62,173 nt of DNA, taken from Tubiluchus corallicola (taxonomy: Eukaryota > Animalia > Priapulida). A program made the position numbers and the translations under genes. Location: positions 1-62,173 of the forward strand of contig JAQGDQ010001109.1 in NCBI GenBank assembly GCA_030141605.1. The letters are read 5' to 3'. A model generated the notes under the pieces. It was given only the letters and a program-made list of their open reading frames with translations, searched no databases and was not told where the DNA came from. Positions 12,249 through 27,360 of this stretch are shown piece by piece (position 1 is the stretch's first letter; each line of letters begins with the position of its first letter).

Positions 12249-14602
12249 ATTTGAAAAATCATACAAGTTTATTTCAACTTAAACAAGAGCAACGTATAGT
12301 TTGTAATGCTAGCCTTACTTTTCAAGGTTTGTTAGAAAATACTGTCAGATATTTTACATAGTACACAAACTCGAAAGTGTCATACAGTTTACAATATTGA
12401 TGGGTGCATATGCAAAAGTTACCAAAAAAACTTACACTATCAAATACAAAAACATTTAGAGGAAAATAGTTTACAACTTTAGATCAAAGCTCAGAGTGAT
12501 CAACTGCTGAAAATAAAATATTTTCTGAACATGACTTGCATTAGAGAATTATTATTGCAAAAGCCCAGTTAGCTTTTTACTTTTGCCTGCTCTCGACCAC
12601 ACATGCTGAGATGGACAACACTCAATTCTTTCTTTTTCTCATGAATTCATTGTGCAAAAAACAGTCAGTAATGACAAATCACACGCTAGCCTGATATAAA
12701 CTTGAAAACTTAAAATATTTCTGTTCGATGGTCAATGTCACGCAGAGTGTGGTACTTCAACTTTTGCCTTTTCAAGCACGGAAGGTTACCGCCATTGAAA
12801 AATTTTACTCGGCAGGGATGTCATTGCTACTTAGGCAAGCTTCTAAGCCGATATTTAATTTAAAAGAACATTTTGGTAGCCTTGTCAATACAGGTAAAAA
12901 GTACATATGTCAGATCACAGGTCAAAATTAGGCAGAGTTTGAAATATCGCTCCGTTTTCCTTTTTGGTACTTTTTCCTTTAACTATTTTGGTACAATTCA
13001 TCTCACAATATTTGCCATTTGTAAACAGTAAAATTTCAATGTTGAAAAAATATGAGAGTGATAAAATCCCTGACAGTTTTTAAATACTTACAACGACCAT
13101 TATAAATTTTTCAGTAATCAATATAATGTTGACTATCAATTCAGTATTAATGCTGTTTCGCTAAACAAGTGATACGCTAACGTTACATAACGTATAGTAC
13201 ATATATAAGCAATTACAAATGCAGCAAAAAATGGCGTGACCTTACTCTGTGAAAAACCGAAAATGACTTTTTTTTATTTTAGGATTGCGGTTGACATATA
13301 CAGCAGCTAGAAATAAAGTTCATTTGTATAATATGAGTCACTGATATTATACTAACTGTATTAATAAGAAACTACTTTAATGAATTCAGCATATGAAAAA
13401 CACCCATCCAACTTCAAAAAAAGTTAGTTATAAACTATTACACGTATGCCTTTGGCAAGCATGTACTGCACATAAAATACTTTGCCTAGTATATCTCAGT
13501 ATGCACTATGCTGCATCAATATATTACAATTTCATTTTTACATAATAATTATAACAATCATCTTACATTCAGATAGCCGCTATAACTACCACATTTTACA
13601 CATCCATTTTAGACTAACTTAGACTAGCCAATGAAGCAATTTTCTTCGCTGAGCTAACAATTGCATTTATGAACTTCTTGTAAAACTAACTACTCCTACA
13701 TAACATAAAAACTACAACCAATAACTCCTTAATGCTAATATAAATTCGCTGTATACATTAGCCGAACGTTGCAATGTGTGTCTGTTTACAAGGATTAGTA
13801 GTTTGGACCTAGTCTTGCATAATGTGAACATCAGGCTCAATCAGAAGTAACTAGACCCTTGCATAACTTTATGAATACATAGTATAATCAAGTACTAACA
13901 TACGTAATAGCAAAGATCCGCAAAAATACAGAGAAGCTAGATTAAAAAGTATATGTACATTGACTAATTGGTCAACTAAATGCTTTGAGATGGGCTTAGA
14001 AGTTGGTTAGTTTGATTAAAATTTAGCTGTTCATCGTTGGTGTTAATTTTTTTTTAAAAATGATTCGAATGCAACTCGGCAATAAAATATAGAAACTGTT
14101 TTGTACATACCAGTACCAGAATGGATAAGAGATTTGAAATAGGTGAAACAGTTTGAAAATGACAAGTGATTCCAACTAAGTACACTGATGGAGATTGAAA
14201 AAACACACACAATACACAAAATCGAACAAAATGTTACTGTGTTGTCAATGAATTATTTATAAAACGGAATGAAACAAAAGAGCAAGTTTATCAAAAAGCT
14301 AGCCTTAATCTGTTAGCCTAAAATGTTTGGCTGGTCAGTTAGTTCTTAGATGTACACAATACTATTTTTGAAGATGAGACAAAATTGATAAATCCATTAT
14401 AAACAAGCCTAAAACTAATATTTTTCATGTAATTCATTAAAAATACAGGAGTGGGAGGGGAAAGACAGGGTAATTTTCTCAAGTTTTACTTGAAGGTAAC
14501 TTTGCACCAACATCGTTGTAACTAGACGAGGTACAAAGCGGGCAGAACCTAGTTTTTTACAGCTGGACGCTGACATCAATACTGAATTATTCAAGAAACT
14601 GA

Positions 14603-15405
14603 TACAGTAGGCGCAGTTTATTAGACTCACGGTTAATAGAATCTGTCACTTAATTGACTCAAAAATCCCTGGTACGGGCCGCTTCTTTTTCAAATGTATA
14701 TAAAAACTGCCGACAATTCACTCAAATAATTGACTCAATATTTTTTTATTCACGCGCTGAAAATAAGAGTTACGTCTGTGACCAAAGAGCTTTTAGCGTG
14801 TTTATGTCATCTTTACTTATAATCTTTACATTATAATGTACGTAGAAGCAATCGTGTTGAAGTACTGTTTTACTTACAAGCAGGTATGTTTACCACGTGC
14901 TAATAGGATACTTAGGCGTAGAGTAGCGTTTGGGTTTTGAAATTGTCACCCTCTCATCTCGTTGTTTGTCGAAGAGAAACATTTAATCATTTGCCCAGCA
15001 GTTTGCTTTTGCTTATCACAATGGAAACATGGGCATCACAAAACAGGCAACTACAAGTTTTGCGTGAATAGTGCAGCAACAGTAACAGATTTTTAACATT
15101 TTGTCAGTTAGAGAACTGCATAAACCAACTTCTTCGTGAAAAAACACACAACCGACCTTGCATGAATTTGTTATTTCCAGTGCATATAAATTAGCACCTA
15201 TATTCTTAAATAACAGCACATAGGAATTTTGGCATTGACTCATTTATAAAGCACATTTAAAACTTTTGCACTCTATACTAAGCTTATGAGTGATGACTCG
15301 TATGTCTAAACTAGTAATCGTGCACCCGTCAACTAAGAGATTCGGTCGGTTAATTGGGTCAACACTTTCGTTCCAAAGTGAGTCTATTAAGCGGCACTTA
15401 CTGTA
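14603..15405 (+). mobile_element. TA-flanked Tc1/pogo-type MITE, family C
   Basis: TIR ta|cagtaggcgcagtttattagactcac ... gtgagtctattaagcggcacttactg|ta; homologous to 19671-20636. Confidence 0.8.
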
Positions 15406-15640
15406 TCTTAAACTTTATTGGAACATCATCACACAAAAAGAAACAGAAACAAGTTCAAGTCAAAGTGACAGCTACTTCTAGGCAAAAGCTGCAATGGAAC
15501 AAAGCAGAAATAATACAACGATGTACTCGAATCACTTGGAGGAATCATTTCTGCAAACATACCAATAAACCTACACAGAATACAGAAGATCTTTCACCCA
15601 TTCAAGATTAAAAGTTAAATAAACTAATATTTACAAACGG

Positions 15641-18600
15641 CTATGATCCGTACAGCTGACCTAATTTATCACAGGATGGTGTATTGTAGTTCTTTGCTTT
15701 TTCGAACAGCTTGGCATCACCAAAGCTTCTAGCTTTCCATAATAAGTTTTCCTCTAAAATAGAGAATTCAATTGAAAACAGTACACTTTCTATAATGCGA
15801 CTATCACAATATAATGACTATGTTTTGTCCCTCTTTGAGAATTGTGATAACTGCTAGAAAAGTTCTGAGAGTTTAGGAAGCAAAAATAATTTTCAGTTCT
15901 TATTCTTGTGTAAACGATGGAGTCTTATAACGCACAGCGGAAAAATTGGAATGAGTCTCTCTCGTTTTAATAAAATATAAGTTCTTATTTTTCAGTTAAA
16001 CTTTGTTGATATTCACCAAATCGGTTAATGGAAGACCGGATAATTGTTTAGACTCAATCTCATTTTAATTTACTGTCCTTTTCTTGCCTATAAAAGTTAA
16101 CAATTGTTCCTTATATTTGAATAATTAGCTTTGAAAGTTAATTAACGACAACCGAACATAGCTATTGTGTACGTCAGAAACTAACCACAGTTTGTGCAAT
16201 GGCAGGCATCTTCCCTTGCGTGTCAAGCACATTTGCATAAGTGTTACAGTACTGTTTAAATGCATGTCATGAAAAATGGGCTCTACGTCATATGACATCA
16301 AAAACTAACATTGCAGTTCATGATCATGCTTATCACGGTACCGCCTTCAACTTGTCAGCCACGCGAATGTGACAAAAATGCGCCGCTGCCAATCTTAGTA
16401 GATTCATTGAGCCGCGCGTAGCTTTGAAAGTTTAACAAAATTCGACTATCTGAGAAATTATTATTTAATCTAAGCTTTGATTTAAAAAAACTATTGTAGT
16501 TTTCAATATTTTAGAGCATTCTTTATTCTGAACTTTTGTTTACACAATCATCCGGTTTTCCTTTAAGTAAATAATTGTGATTATATAACTTAAAATATTA
16601 GTGCATTTAGTCAGCTAAGTTATTGTATAAAATGGAATCACTTACTGTAAGCTCTTTCTTTAAAACATTTAGTTCTCAATGTTTCTACATAGTCACTTTC
16701 AACATGTTGCTCTATTCGTGCTAAGCCACCTAATGTATTGTATTCCTTTGTGAAGCCATCTGTTACATAATACAACACTCCCAGATTCTTGGTTTTTCTC
16801 TCATGGACGTAATTACTGAAAAACATTGTCAAAACACTATTTCATTGTTTCGATTAAGGTAATCGATATAAAAGCTGAAAATATGACAACATTATTCTTC
16901 ATATTAACATACAGAGAGAAAGGAAATGGTGGAATAAGAAGTCTACGGTTGTTGCATCCTATTCTGGTTTTTCAGTGAAATAAAAGGACACATGTTGTCC
17001 TATAAAGGAAAGTTATAGGAAAAAATTTTTATACGTATAAATTTCGATAACTATAAATAAGTATAAACCGGTCAGTATAAATTATAATAGGAAAATCACA
17101 TTGAACCGTTAATAAAGCAATGGTATTTATTTTATGCTTTTCGGCACAGCAAGCCGAAATCGATCATTCAATGGCGTTACCCTCTTCATGTTGATACTGT
17201 GATGTGAATGGAACCTGGCCCATTATCATGGATAATCTTCTAGGTGAGACACTGAACTACCAGAAGTGCCCCTTCAACGAGGTTAACAACCTGGTTTTCA
17301 ATGAGTTAAATGATTAATAAGGCGAATGAAATTGCCCACACTGAGTTTTGAACACAGACAATTATGAGTCATTCTCCGACCAGTCTCAGCTTAATTTGTA
17401 ACTATTTATTTTAAAACTTTCGACAACAATAAATCTAAACAAGCTATAACCTCGCCACTTGTAATTTTAAACCAAAGTTGTGAAAATGTGAATAGCCCAC
17501 CTCCCCGGAAAGAGTAATGCACAATTTACATTTAATATAGCATAGAATACATTCTAATTTTCCCAGAACACTTCAAATAATTTTCATCCTATACATTCAT
17601 ATTAGTACGTATGTTATTGCAAAAGATTTCTTATATCTTTTGTTGGCAATTTTTTTATGCATCATGTCCATGTAACTTCATATATCTTGCAAGAGACATA
17701 TTCTGTTGACCCTAGTTATATGTTTCCTTTAAAGATATAATCCATTTTACCATTATTAGTAAAGTAAATTCTCCAGCTCAACGTTGAAAGCAATGTGCAT
17801 TATTGCAATGCAGAAATTTACACTGGACTAACAGAAACATTAAAATAAATGCAGTATTTTTTACTCTAGAATCTAAATGTAAATTACAGAAAATTGTTAA
17901 ATTCTCACCCCATTCTGTGTAAGCTATAAATAGGATCTGCTGCAAAGTAGCTGCTAACTAATGTTAGACAAACCAATAGTAAAATTGGCATTAGTTGAAC
18001 TAGAACTGTCATTGCCTGTAATAAAAATCATATATTTAATATAAAGATAATCAACTTGAAATATGGCCGCAAGCATAAGTATCAATTACACTGGGCTGCT
18101 GAGCCGGGAGCTAGTTCCTGAAAAGGGATGTGAAAAGTAAAAAAATATTTGACTATGTAGATTTAATGAGTATTGGACTTATTTCCAATAACTGACACTT
18201 GTTTACTTAAAGCATGTTTCAGCAATCTAGTCTGATCCGAGTACCGTACTTGTCTTCACAGACGTGAACACAAGTACGTTTAAATTTAAGAAACAAATAA
18301 AAAATAAAATATGAAAAATTGCACTCGTAATTTTGTCCCTTGTAATGGTTTCAAACAAAAACGAAATGTTTATGTTGTTTAATAATGTTCTTGTGGAAAG
18401 AAATGTCAGGTATGCAATGTTCAATGAAGTGCAAAACTGATTGTCTACTACTTGTAGAATTATACATTACAAGCTATTTGTTATTATGGAAAAGGTAAGA
18501 ATAATCAAAAAGCGAAAAGAAAACGAAAAAACTGCTACAATTGTTTTCTTTACAATAAACCTTTCCATAGTTTCGTTGTGCACTTGTGCAGTTGCTGTAG

Positions 18601-21600
18601 GTCAAAGGTTAAGTGTACCACAGCAGCACGTCTTAATTACAACCGTCACGTGACATGTGGGTAAAGCAAAGATGTCTGCCGCATCAGTGCAGTAACTTCG
18701 ATTGTTTTACCTGGACTTTATTTAATTATGCATTAGTCTGTGCCTAGAGTGATGTACTAGCAGGATCTTGGCTTGGGAACAAGAGAAAATTAACAAGGTA
18801 AGGTTCTAGGTACCTGTTAAAACTGTTAGTACTGCAATAGCATGGGCTGTGAGGTGTTGTCAAGTGTAAACAAATGTGTTGAATGGTACAGTTAACCTTT
18901 GACCTTTAAACGATCATCAACATCAATCATTGGAACTGTGAAAAGGCTTATTAAAACTTGTCAAGACAATATAGCACCTGCAGACGCTAATTAGTAGATT
19001 GTCACTTGAAAAAAGACCAGCCAGTTTCTTATCTTTATGTCATGGCTAAATAAATAAGTTTAATAGGAATAAGCGCCGGAGGAATTTTGCGTTGCTGTAA
19101 AACGCTTGTTTAGCTATATGAATTTCACCCTACAGAGTAATAAGCACAGGAATCAGATTCACAAATGATTTACAGCAAAATAATTTCCAAAAACAACATA
19201 TTTGAAATAAGCCTTGTGGTAGGAAGTTAAAAACTCTACTCACATCAGCTGACTGTTGAGTTTGTGAGCCGTGTCGATGCTGATGATGGTGCTGATGCTG
19301 ATGCGGGCGCCTTCTGTACGTATAAACATGACCTAAATGATAGCAAAGTAATTAGCCCACATCAATTTAAAAATTAGACGAATCTTTTTTTGTAAGCCAC
19401 TCATCTACGTACTAAAAAATAAGCTTGCCATAAACAACAAAGCCTTATTTAAGTTTTATAACATGCGAGTGGTGCGAGAATTAGTTACTACAAACTTAAT
19501 ATTAAATCGGATTAATTCAGAAATCAATAAATAAGAAATAAATAGGAGAATATCGAAAATTTACTCATGAAGCCATATCTGCAATACATGCCAAATCTAA
19601 CACAGCATTTATATTTCTAATGAACAAGTGTATATACCCAAAGCAGGATGCTCTTTTACCACGCTTGTACTACAATAGGCCTCACTTAACAAACTCACGG
19701 TTAATAGACTCAAAATCGCTTGACTGACTCAAAAACGTCTGGAAAGGGCCGATTCTATTTAAATATACATAAAAGCTATAGGTAATTGACTCAAATAATT
19801 CTGCATAATTGACTCAATATTTTTCCTTCACCTACTTAAAATAAGACATTTGTGCCCAAAGAACCTTTCCTACTTTTATGTCATCTTTACTTCCCTTTCG
19901 TGCACTATGTATACAGAAACAATCACGTTAAGTACCGTTTTGTTTGTAAACAAGTACGTTTATTATGCACTAATACGCTAGCGTAGTGGTTTTGCTTTGA
20001 ATCTGTTACCCGCTCGCCCACCCACTGTTAACCACAGAATTTCTGGAAGCTAAATCACTTGCCAAGTGGTTTCCGTTTGATGCTCTCCTTGCAAATCAGG
20101 CTTTCAGCCTTAACGAGTTAACAGTCAAAGATGCAGGTACAGTAATCAGTCAGTATTCCTTGTGACTTACAAGAGTAAACATCGTACAGCAAATGTAAGT
20201 GAGCAGATGATTCAGAACTGTTTTAGTCATGCACAACAACAGATTTTCAACGTTTTTATAATTACGTGAACTTTGTGGGCGAACGTCTTCATGAGAAAAT
20301 GAAGCAGCTGACTTTGAAGGAATTTTTGTAATTTTTGCAAATAAACAGGCTTAGAAAAGTCTGTGATTTAGAAAAGTATACTTTTCAATTTATTGCTAAT
20401 TCACTTATATAAATTAATATTTTGAAATATTTTTTCTAATTTTTAACTGCACAAAGGAATTTAGGCATTACTTCGTTTCTAAAGTTCATTAAAAACCTTT
20501 GCAGTGCATGCTAAGCCAGTGACAGCACATACTTCGATACCAGTAATACAACACCCATCAGTTAATAGGTTCAGTTGGTTAATTGCGCCAATACACTTTG
20601 GTCCTAAAGTGAGTCTATTAAGCGGCGCCTGCTGTAGAAGGAAATTCTACATCAAAATCACTGTACCTGCATTTGAGATCGATAGAAATTTTTAAGCAAA
20701 CACACTCACTTACTTTAATAGCTTGTCACACTAGAATATAGAAATAGTTAAAAGGACAAAAATGCTAGTATACCGATACGAGTGATACTTATATTATGCA
20801 AAGTACAATACTCTATTTCCCTCTTATTTGATACTGGTGGAAAACTGCTTTATGGATTACATTTCACAACAAAAAAGCCTGCCAAACATGAACTACTGAT
20901 GCTATTAGACACTGCCATTTAACTTAGCTTGCTTGCTTCTACTGAAGCAACTACTGTATTCCAAAAGCATTCCTTTCATGGTCTTGATGATAATACAAGC
21001 CACATTGCCAAATACGGTGTTCAATTAGTTTTACGCATTTTGTTATACATGTCAAATGTAGACCTGCGTTAACTCAAATGTAGATGTAGATAATTCAAAT
21101 GTGTCTTGGTAACTCAAATGTAGACTTAGGTAGTTCAAATGTGTTAACAATGGTTTTCAAGAAATCTTAAGCATTTTTGGTAAGTCAAATGTAGACACAT
21201 TGACGTGACCACATTGACCACACTGACCACATTGATGTGGTCAAATCAAATGTGACATTGGTATCTCAAGTTTAAGGATGTTAAATTTAATCTTTTTTAA
21301 TTTCAATTTAATAATTGCTCTTAAGTTACAATAACAACGTTATAGGTTCACTAATATTCTGCAAACTTTACATACCATTGGAACTGTTAGAGAAAACAAT
21401 ACATTCTTAAAATAAACAATCTTTCTTGAGAGAAACTAATTCATTAATGCAGTGCTAATGCATTACTTGAAAAACTAATTAGTGATTCACTGTTCATTGG
21501 GAAGTGGGAACCGATTTATTCGCCGACATTTTTTGTAAAACGTTGACAAATAAATGTAGAATTGCTGTATATATTAATAATTGTATAATTGTTAAGTTAT

Positions 21601-24600
21601 TTATGTACAACACTTTTAAGTGTTTTTATCAAATGAACATTTTCTTTATATTTGAAAAATATATTAACGTCCATACAAATAGTTGCAAATTAATTAAATA
21701 TAATAAAAGTTGATGCTGCTGATAGCACCATGACCATAACATATAATTTTAATTTGGTTTTATCTTTTTGTAATTTGCACTTAAATGAGTTAATTACCAA
21801 TTTATTCAAAGTACCGCATCTACATTTGACTTACCTAAGTCACATTTGAGTTACCAAAACACATTCAAAATTCTTATGTCTGCATTTGACTTACCTAAGT
21901 CACATTTGAACTTTCCTGTGTCTACATTTGATGTGTAAAACCTATACAGTATAATATAGCTAAATTTCAATGCTTGTAACCACTTTGCAAGTGCAAACTA
22001 ACAGCAGTTCCAAGAGCACGGATTGCTGTTAACCTTTCCTTTAACGTCGGAAATTTAAAGAAACACACCTTGAGGAAATCCACCTCCAAAAAACATGTTA
22101 AATAACTCCTCGGCAGAAATGTCACCTGTAAAAAAGACAAAGCAGAGTATATAAAGGTAAAGTTTATTACACAATTTAAGATTAAATAGTGCATGTTGGT
22201 CCAATAAATGAACTCATTATGAATAGATAATGAACATCTGAGTTTAATGCTCACTTTGAGGCGGGTAAAAGCAGAGTGGTCTCTAGAGTAAGTTTTGTAT
22301 AAACGGGTGGCGACCACCTGAGCTTAAAGCTCATTTTGAGGCGGGTAAAAGCAGAGTGGTCTCAAGAGTAAGTTTTGTATAAACGGGTGGCGACCACTTG
22401 AGCTTAAAGCTCATTTTGAGGCGGGTAAAAGCAGAGTGGTCTCAAGAGTAAGTTTTGTATAAACGGGTGGCGACCACTTGACTTTAATGCTCATTTTGAG
22501 GCGGGTAAAAGCAGAGTGGCCTCAAGAATAAGTTTTGTATAAACGGGTGGCGACCACTTGAGTTTAATGCTCATTTTGAGGCGGGTAAAAGCAGAGTGGT
22601 CTCAAGAGTAAGTTTTGTATAAACGGGTGGCGACCACCTGAGCTTAAAGCTCATTTTGAGGCGGGTAAAAGCAGAGTGGTCTCAAGAGTAAGTTTTGTAT
22701 AAACGGGTGGCGACCACTTGAGTTTAATGCTCATTTTGAGGCGGGTAAAAGCAGAGTGGTCTCAAGAATAAGTTTTGTATAAACGGGTGGCGACCACTTG
22801 AGTTTAATGCTCATTTTGAGGCGGGTAAAAGCAGAGTGGTCTCAAGAATAAGTTTTGTATAAACGGGTGGCGACCACTTGAGTTTAATGCTCATTTTGAG
22901 GCGGGTAAAAGCAGAGTGGTCTCAAGAATAAGTTTTGTATAAACGGGTGGCAACCACCTGAGTTTAATGCTCATTTTGAGGCGGGTAAAAGCAGAGTGGT
23001 CTCACGAGGTTTGTGCTGAAACTGCCTCACACATTTTCTAAGATTTTCAAATACATGTAAATGCATCAGTCAATTGAACTTACCCTCGAATCCTCTAGTA
23101 TAATCATACTCGTAATGCCCTCGCCTGCTACTAGAGGGCTCTTCTGTTCCATATAAATCGTAACGTTTCCGCTTCTCGGTGTCACTTAGGACAGCAAACG
23201 CATTCCCAATAGCTAGGAAGATATAATTTTATACAAATATGGCTTGTTAAAAATGAACTGTTTCCTAAACAGTTTAAAGCAAATGAGAATGTGACAAGTG
23301 TTTAGTGTTTCCATCGGGTACCGGGGTACTTACCCACGTTGTTTATCCCCCGAGCCTGCTATTTCTTCCTGGTTCCGACAGTGAAAGTGCAGACAATAAT
23401 TATTAATAGGATATCCACTGTTTAAGAATTCATTTAAAATTTAAATGTCGCTTTCTGCAGCGTACTCGTACCGTACAACAGATGCCTACTAGCAGACGAT
23501 TAACAGCAGCGTTGGCACACGGCCAGCCCGCACTTAAACACGTTAAACTTCCTCTAATGTTAGTATATTATTAGTTATTATTATATTGAACTACTGTGTA
23601 ATAGTGTATTTCAGCATTAGCAAGCCAGGAGCGAGTATGTCTCTACCAGTTGCAAGCGCATAGCAGTCAAACCATTTTTGCTGAAAGGGTGACCTACGAA
23701 ACTTTACCGAAAACAAACTGTAATTTCTCTACAGAAAGTTTAATTGTTCAAACGAATGGGTTTATTAACAATTAAAAAGCTTTTAGGCCACTGACAATGA
23801 TATCAGCAAACTGATTGTTAAGTTTAACTACACACAAAAACCACAGTAGATTATTACAATCCGTACACTGTAACTGATTCATTGATAAAGCGTGCAATTC
23901 AAGTAATTAAAAAGTTTGGGAGATAAGGCATTGGGGTGGCAAAACATTAACATTTGTGACTCACAGCTCGTGTGATAACTGAATTGCTAGATTAACAGAG
24001 TTAGTTAAAATGCACTAAAGGTTGTTTTTATTTGCAAACATAAATGAATAGAATTTATTCACTGCCACTGAATCTTAACAATCAGGTACCCAACGGGGAT
24101 AAGGAAAAGGGTACCCGATGGGGATAAGACAAAGGGTACCGAGTCCCCGAGTCTGATTTTTGCTACTCATGTGAACACTATCCAAATTGTCATCAACAAT
24201 AACAAAATTAATATGAAATCATATACGATATTGATCTTATATATGTTAGCCTGATATAATAGTACTGCAAAGTGTTACCATAGCTCATTTTTTCCTTCAT
24301 GAATTTTTACTGATGTCAAACAAATTATCTTGGCAAAAATATGATTTTAACACATCTATAAATCACAAACTAACATGCTATGTATAAAGAACAAAAACAA
24401 TTCAAGTAACCAAGGCTTAAGAAGCCAAACAATTATAACTGTCTTTAATTAATTACCTTTAAATGCTTCAGTTGCACCAGGCGCCTTATTTTTGTCCGGA
24501 TGAAACTGTAAAGCCAATTTTCGATATGCTTTCTTCAAATCATTCTCTGTAGCCTCTTTTGTTACACCCAAAATCTCATAGTAATCTTTACATTTTCGCA

Positions 24601-27360
24601 CCCTATTTTAAAAATTTAGTAAGAAGCAATATAAATAACAGCAAAATGAGTGAACAAATGGTTGTTTAGTTGAAATTATACACTAACCAATTCGTTTTTT
24701 ATCTGTTATGTTTAGCAAATAAAAATTTAGCTAACACAAATATACAAGCAACAACTATGTAAATTTTTCTTATTGGTCTAATATTTGGAATTTTTCAGTT
24801 TCAGCGCTTTAACGTCTCTCTGCACATCGAGTATAACAAAAATAGTGATTATAATGAATTTATATAATGGCAAGTACAAATTTGAACCCAGCAATCAGAA
24901 CTTAATTTTAATGTGACAATGTGTAATCACTCTAGCGAAAGAGGATTCATCGACAATTTCTAAGTTTAAAATTGAGATTTAGTCAGTTCTGTATGTCATT
25001 GGTATTGCTATTCTCTAGCCAATCCTTACACAAATGAAAAACACCTTACCATTCGTTGATACTCACCTAATAACAGCATCTTTCTGCTCCTGAGTGTAAG
25101 ATGTCTCGTGATCTGAATGTGCATGCGTGCGAGTCCTGTCACCTGAGTGTGACCTGGGCTTACGATGTCGTACATCGTTTTCATCATTTGTGAAAGCACC
25201 ACCAGCTGAACCATTCATTCTAGCCTGTATTTGTGCCAAAAGATCTATAATATATTAAAACAAGATTGTATTTACTTGTATGCATTCTAAGTTTCATAAG
25301 GAGGAATTCGTGCCGTGATGGGACGAAGTGTTTGAGATGCCAGGCTAAGATGAGTAGAACCTGCGGAAGTGTTTGGTTTGACCTAGCAATGACACCTTGG
25401 CCCTCTTGTTCAATTAGATTCCACTAACATCTCTTAAACGGTTCAGTAGACTGGGCATTCGTTAACTAATGTTGCACTTTTGTTGTTAAAGTAAGCTAAA
25501 GTAACCAAAGCCAATCTTAGTCAATCCACTCCGCCTTGAAATAATACAGTTCTATCAATAATTTGCTACTTTTCTAAGTTTATAATGCCAACAACAGAAA
25601 TATTAAACTCATTTGATCTTGGCAATTTATTTCTAGTGATATGGCTCAAATCCAAAAGGTAAAAATCCCTCCCAAATCACGTATACATGTTTCAATATAA
25701 ATTATAAGCAAAATAATGTTCAGTTCTTGAAGTCTAAAAGTCTTTGACGACATACTAGAAGTTTGGGGTGCGCATGGTTAGTATACACACTGAGAAAAGC
25801 AACTCGCTAACTGGTGATGGTATTAGAGGTAATGATAAGAGGTGAAACAAGCAAAACAAACATGGTGGGTGCGGGATAAAAACACAGTTAGATTTATAGA
25901 CAGGTTATTTAGGATGGCACCCTCATGGTAGAAACAGCAGAGGGTGCTAGTGCTCAGACGTGATCTCTAGAAGTGATTTCTCTGATATCCGGTGGAAGTT
26001 TGTACCAACTTGGAAGTTTGACATGATTCAGTGCCACATTTAATTTGACTCAGTTTGGCAAATTAGAGGATTGTCCCATCACTACTGCTAAATTCACGTG
26101 CAGCATTGTTAAGTATATTATGGACACTGAGAAAGATGCTGGCTTTACTGATTCCCTTTCATCCAAAACTTACCGTCTGCAAGGGGGAGGGGGTTTTCAG
26201 TTTATATGATGACTTATAAGCAGTCAAAAATGGAGAAAGGTGACTTTTGGCATTAAAACAGTTTGGCAGGTTAGTCAATGGAGTTAATTGCAGCATGTTT
26301 TCATTTATCAATGTGCACACGACATTTATTCTTATTATTACATCTTAAAGTAAATAATGTACTCCAAGAAACAAGATGCTCTTATTGAATTCTATAACCA
26401 GCATTTGTAAATTTCAAAGTTTCTCTAATCATTGACATTGTTTGTCTGTCAGGTAATGATCCAAGAGATATACTGTTTCTCACATTTTCATAGTTTTACC
26501 TTGAACTCATATCACCTATATCCATTTCTCACTATCAATTCTATGTAGAAGAATTAGTTTCAAAATCTGATCTGACAAACACTTTGTACAACAGCTCTAG
26601 AGTATTACTAGTAATAGTTAATTAATCTAGTTATAGATATGTCATCAATAAGTTGAGTAATCTGACTTATAATATATATATTCTTAGGGAAAGTTTCATT
26701 GCATTATTGCAAATATTAGTAAATAAGTTTATGGCTTTAAATGTGAAGATACTACAACATCAAAATTTGAGTCTTTGTAGTCAGAAACATAGACAATTTA
26801 TTAATACTATCAATAAGACTAAACTCACCAGTTAAACCCACCAAGACTAGATGTATTGTAATGTTTAGTGCTTACCATAATGGTGAGCACCCTGTGCGAT
26901 AAGTTGTTTAACAAAACAGTTACCTGCACATAGATAGTGGAGAATTCATTGTGCCCTCTGCAGTTAGATATTTACAAAAACGTTGAAATAGTCAACTAGG
27001 ATAGTGGACCACAGAGATATTAGGTACCGGGTATAAAACTATTGGTATTATTACTTATTTGTGTATATCACGATGAATATTATGAGTATATAGTTTTAAG
27101 CAAAGAAGGAATATCATTGGTCCCTAACTTCAAAAGCCAGCATTTTTTAAAAAAATTAAGGATTTTATTTTTGATTAACTTATTTTTAGTTCCCCTAATA
27201 GTAAACGAATAGAACAAAAATTACAACCTCTTGCAGCATCTGAAGGATAAAGTTTGATTGCCTTTTGAACAAATTTTTCTGCTTTAGATATATTTCCTTG
27301 TTTTAGATGCTTTTTCGCAAGCTCAATACAACGAAAACTTTCGTCTCTGTTGACCTCCAT
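15641..27360 (-). CDS. DNAJB12: DnaJ homolog subfamily B member 12/14 (ER-membrane J-protein: J domain, G/F region, TM, DUF1977); 9 coding exons
   Basis: Exons 27360-27228, 25244-25067, 24602-24457, 23212-23084, 22125-22069, 19332-19244, 18015-17909, 16815-16646 and 15753-15641, all GT-AG with consistent phases. Peptides: [15 protein letters not shown]; [11 protein letters not shown]...[37 protein letters not shown]; [17 protein letters not shown]; [20 protein letters not shown]; C-terminal TPSCDKL. Likely co-ortholog of vertebrate DNAJB12 and DNAJB14. Confidence 0.95.
16025..16566 (+). mobile_element. Non-autonomous TTAA-flanked DNA transposon, Kolobok-like family A
   Basis: ttaa|tggaagaccggataattgtttagactcaatctc ... 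catccggttttcct|ttaa; colinear with the 11701 copy. Confidence 0.85.
17125..17395 (-). mobile_element. Possible tRNA-derived SINE
   Basis: The minus strand shows A-box-like taagctgagactgg, B-box-like gttcaaaac about 35 nt downstream, a 3' hairpin (ttcggc...gccgaa) and an A-rich tail. Only one copy was seen. Confidence 0.4.
19671..20636 (+). mobile_element. TA-flanked Tc1/pogo-type MITE, family C
   Basis: ta|caataggcctcacttaacaaactcacggttaataga ... gtgagtctattaagcggcgcctgctg|ta; colinear with the 14603 copy. Confidence 0.8.
21042..21941. mobile_element. Foldback-type MITE with long modular inverted ends
   Basis: Left end carries repeated tcaaatgtagac/aactcaaatg ~20-bp modules (21042-21270); right end carries the reverse-complement modules catttgacttacctaagt (21815-21941); AT-rich core. 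Confidence 0.65.
22238..23004. repeat. 80-bp minisatellite, ~9.5 copies, filling most of DNAJB12 intron 4
   Basis: gcgggtaaaagcagagtggtctc recurs at 22261, 22341 ... 22981, with no spacers; internal GGTGG-cga-CCACY hairpin. Confidence 0.95.
23303..24180. mobile_element. hAT-like MITE
   Basis: Ends tagtgtttccat ... atgtgaacacta with GGGTAC subterminal repeats on both sides; no TSD recognisable. Confidence 0.5.
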
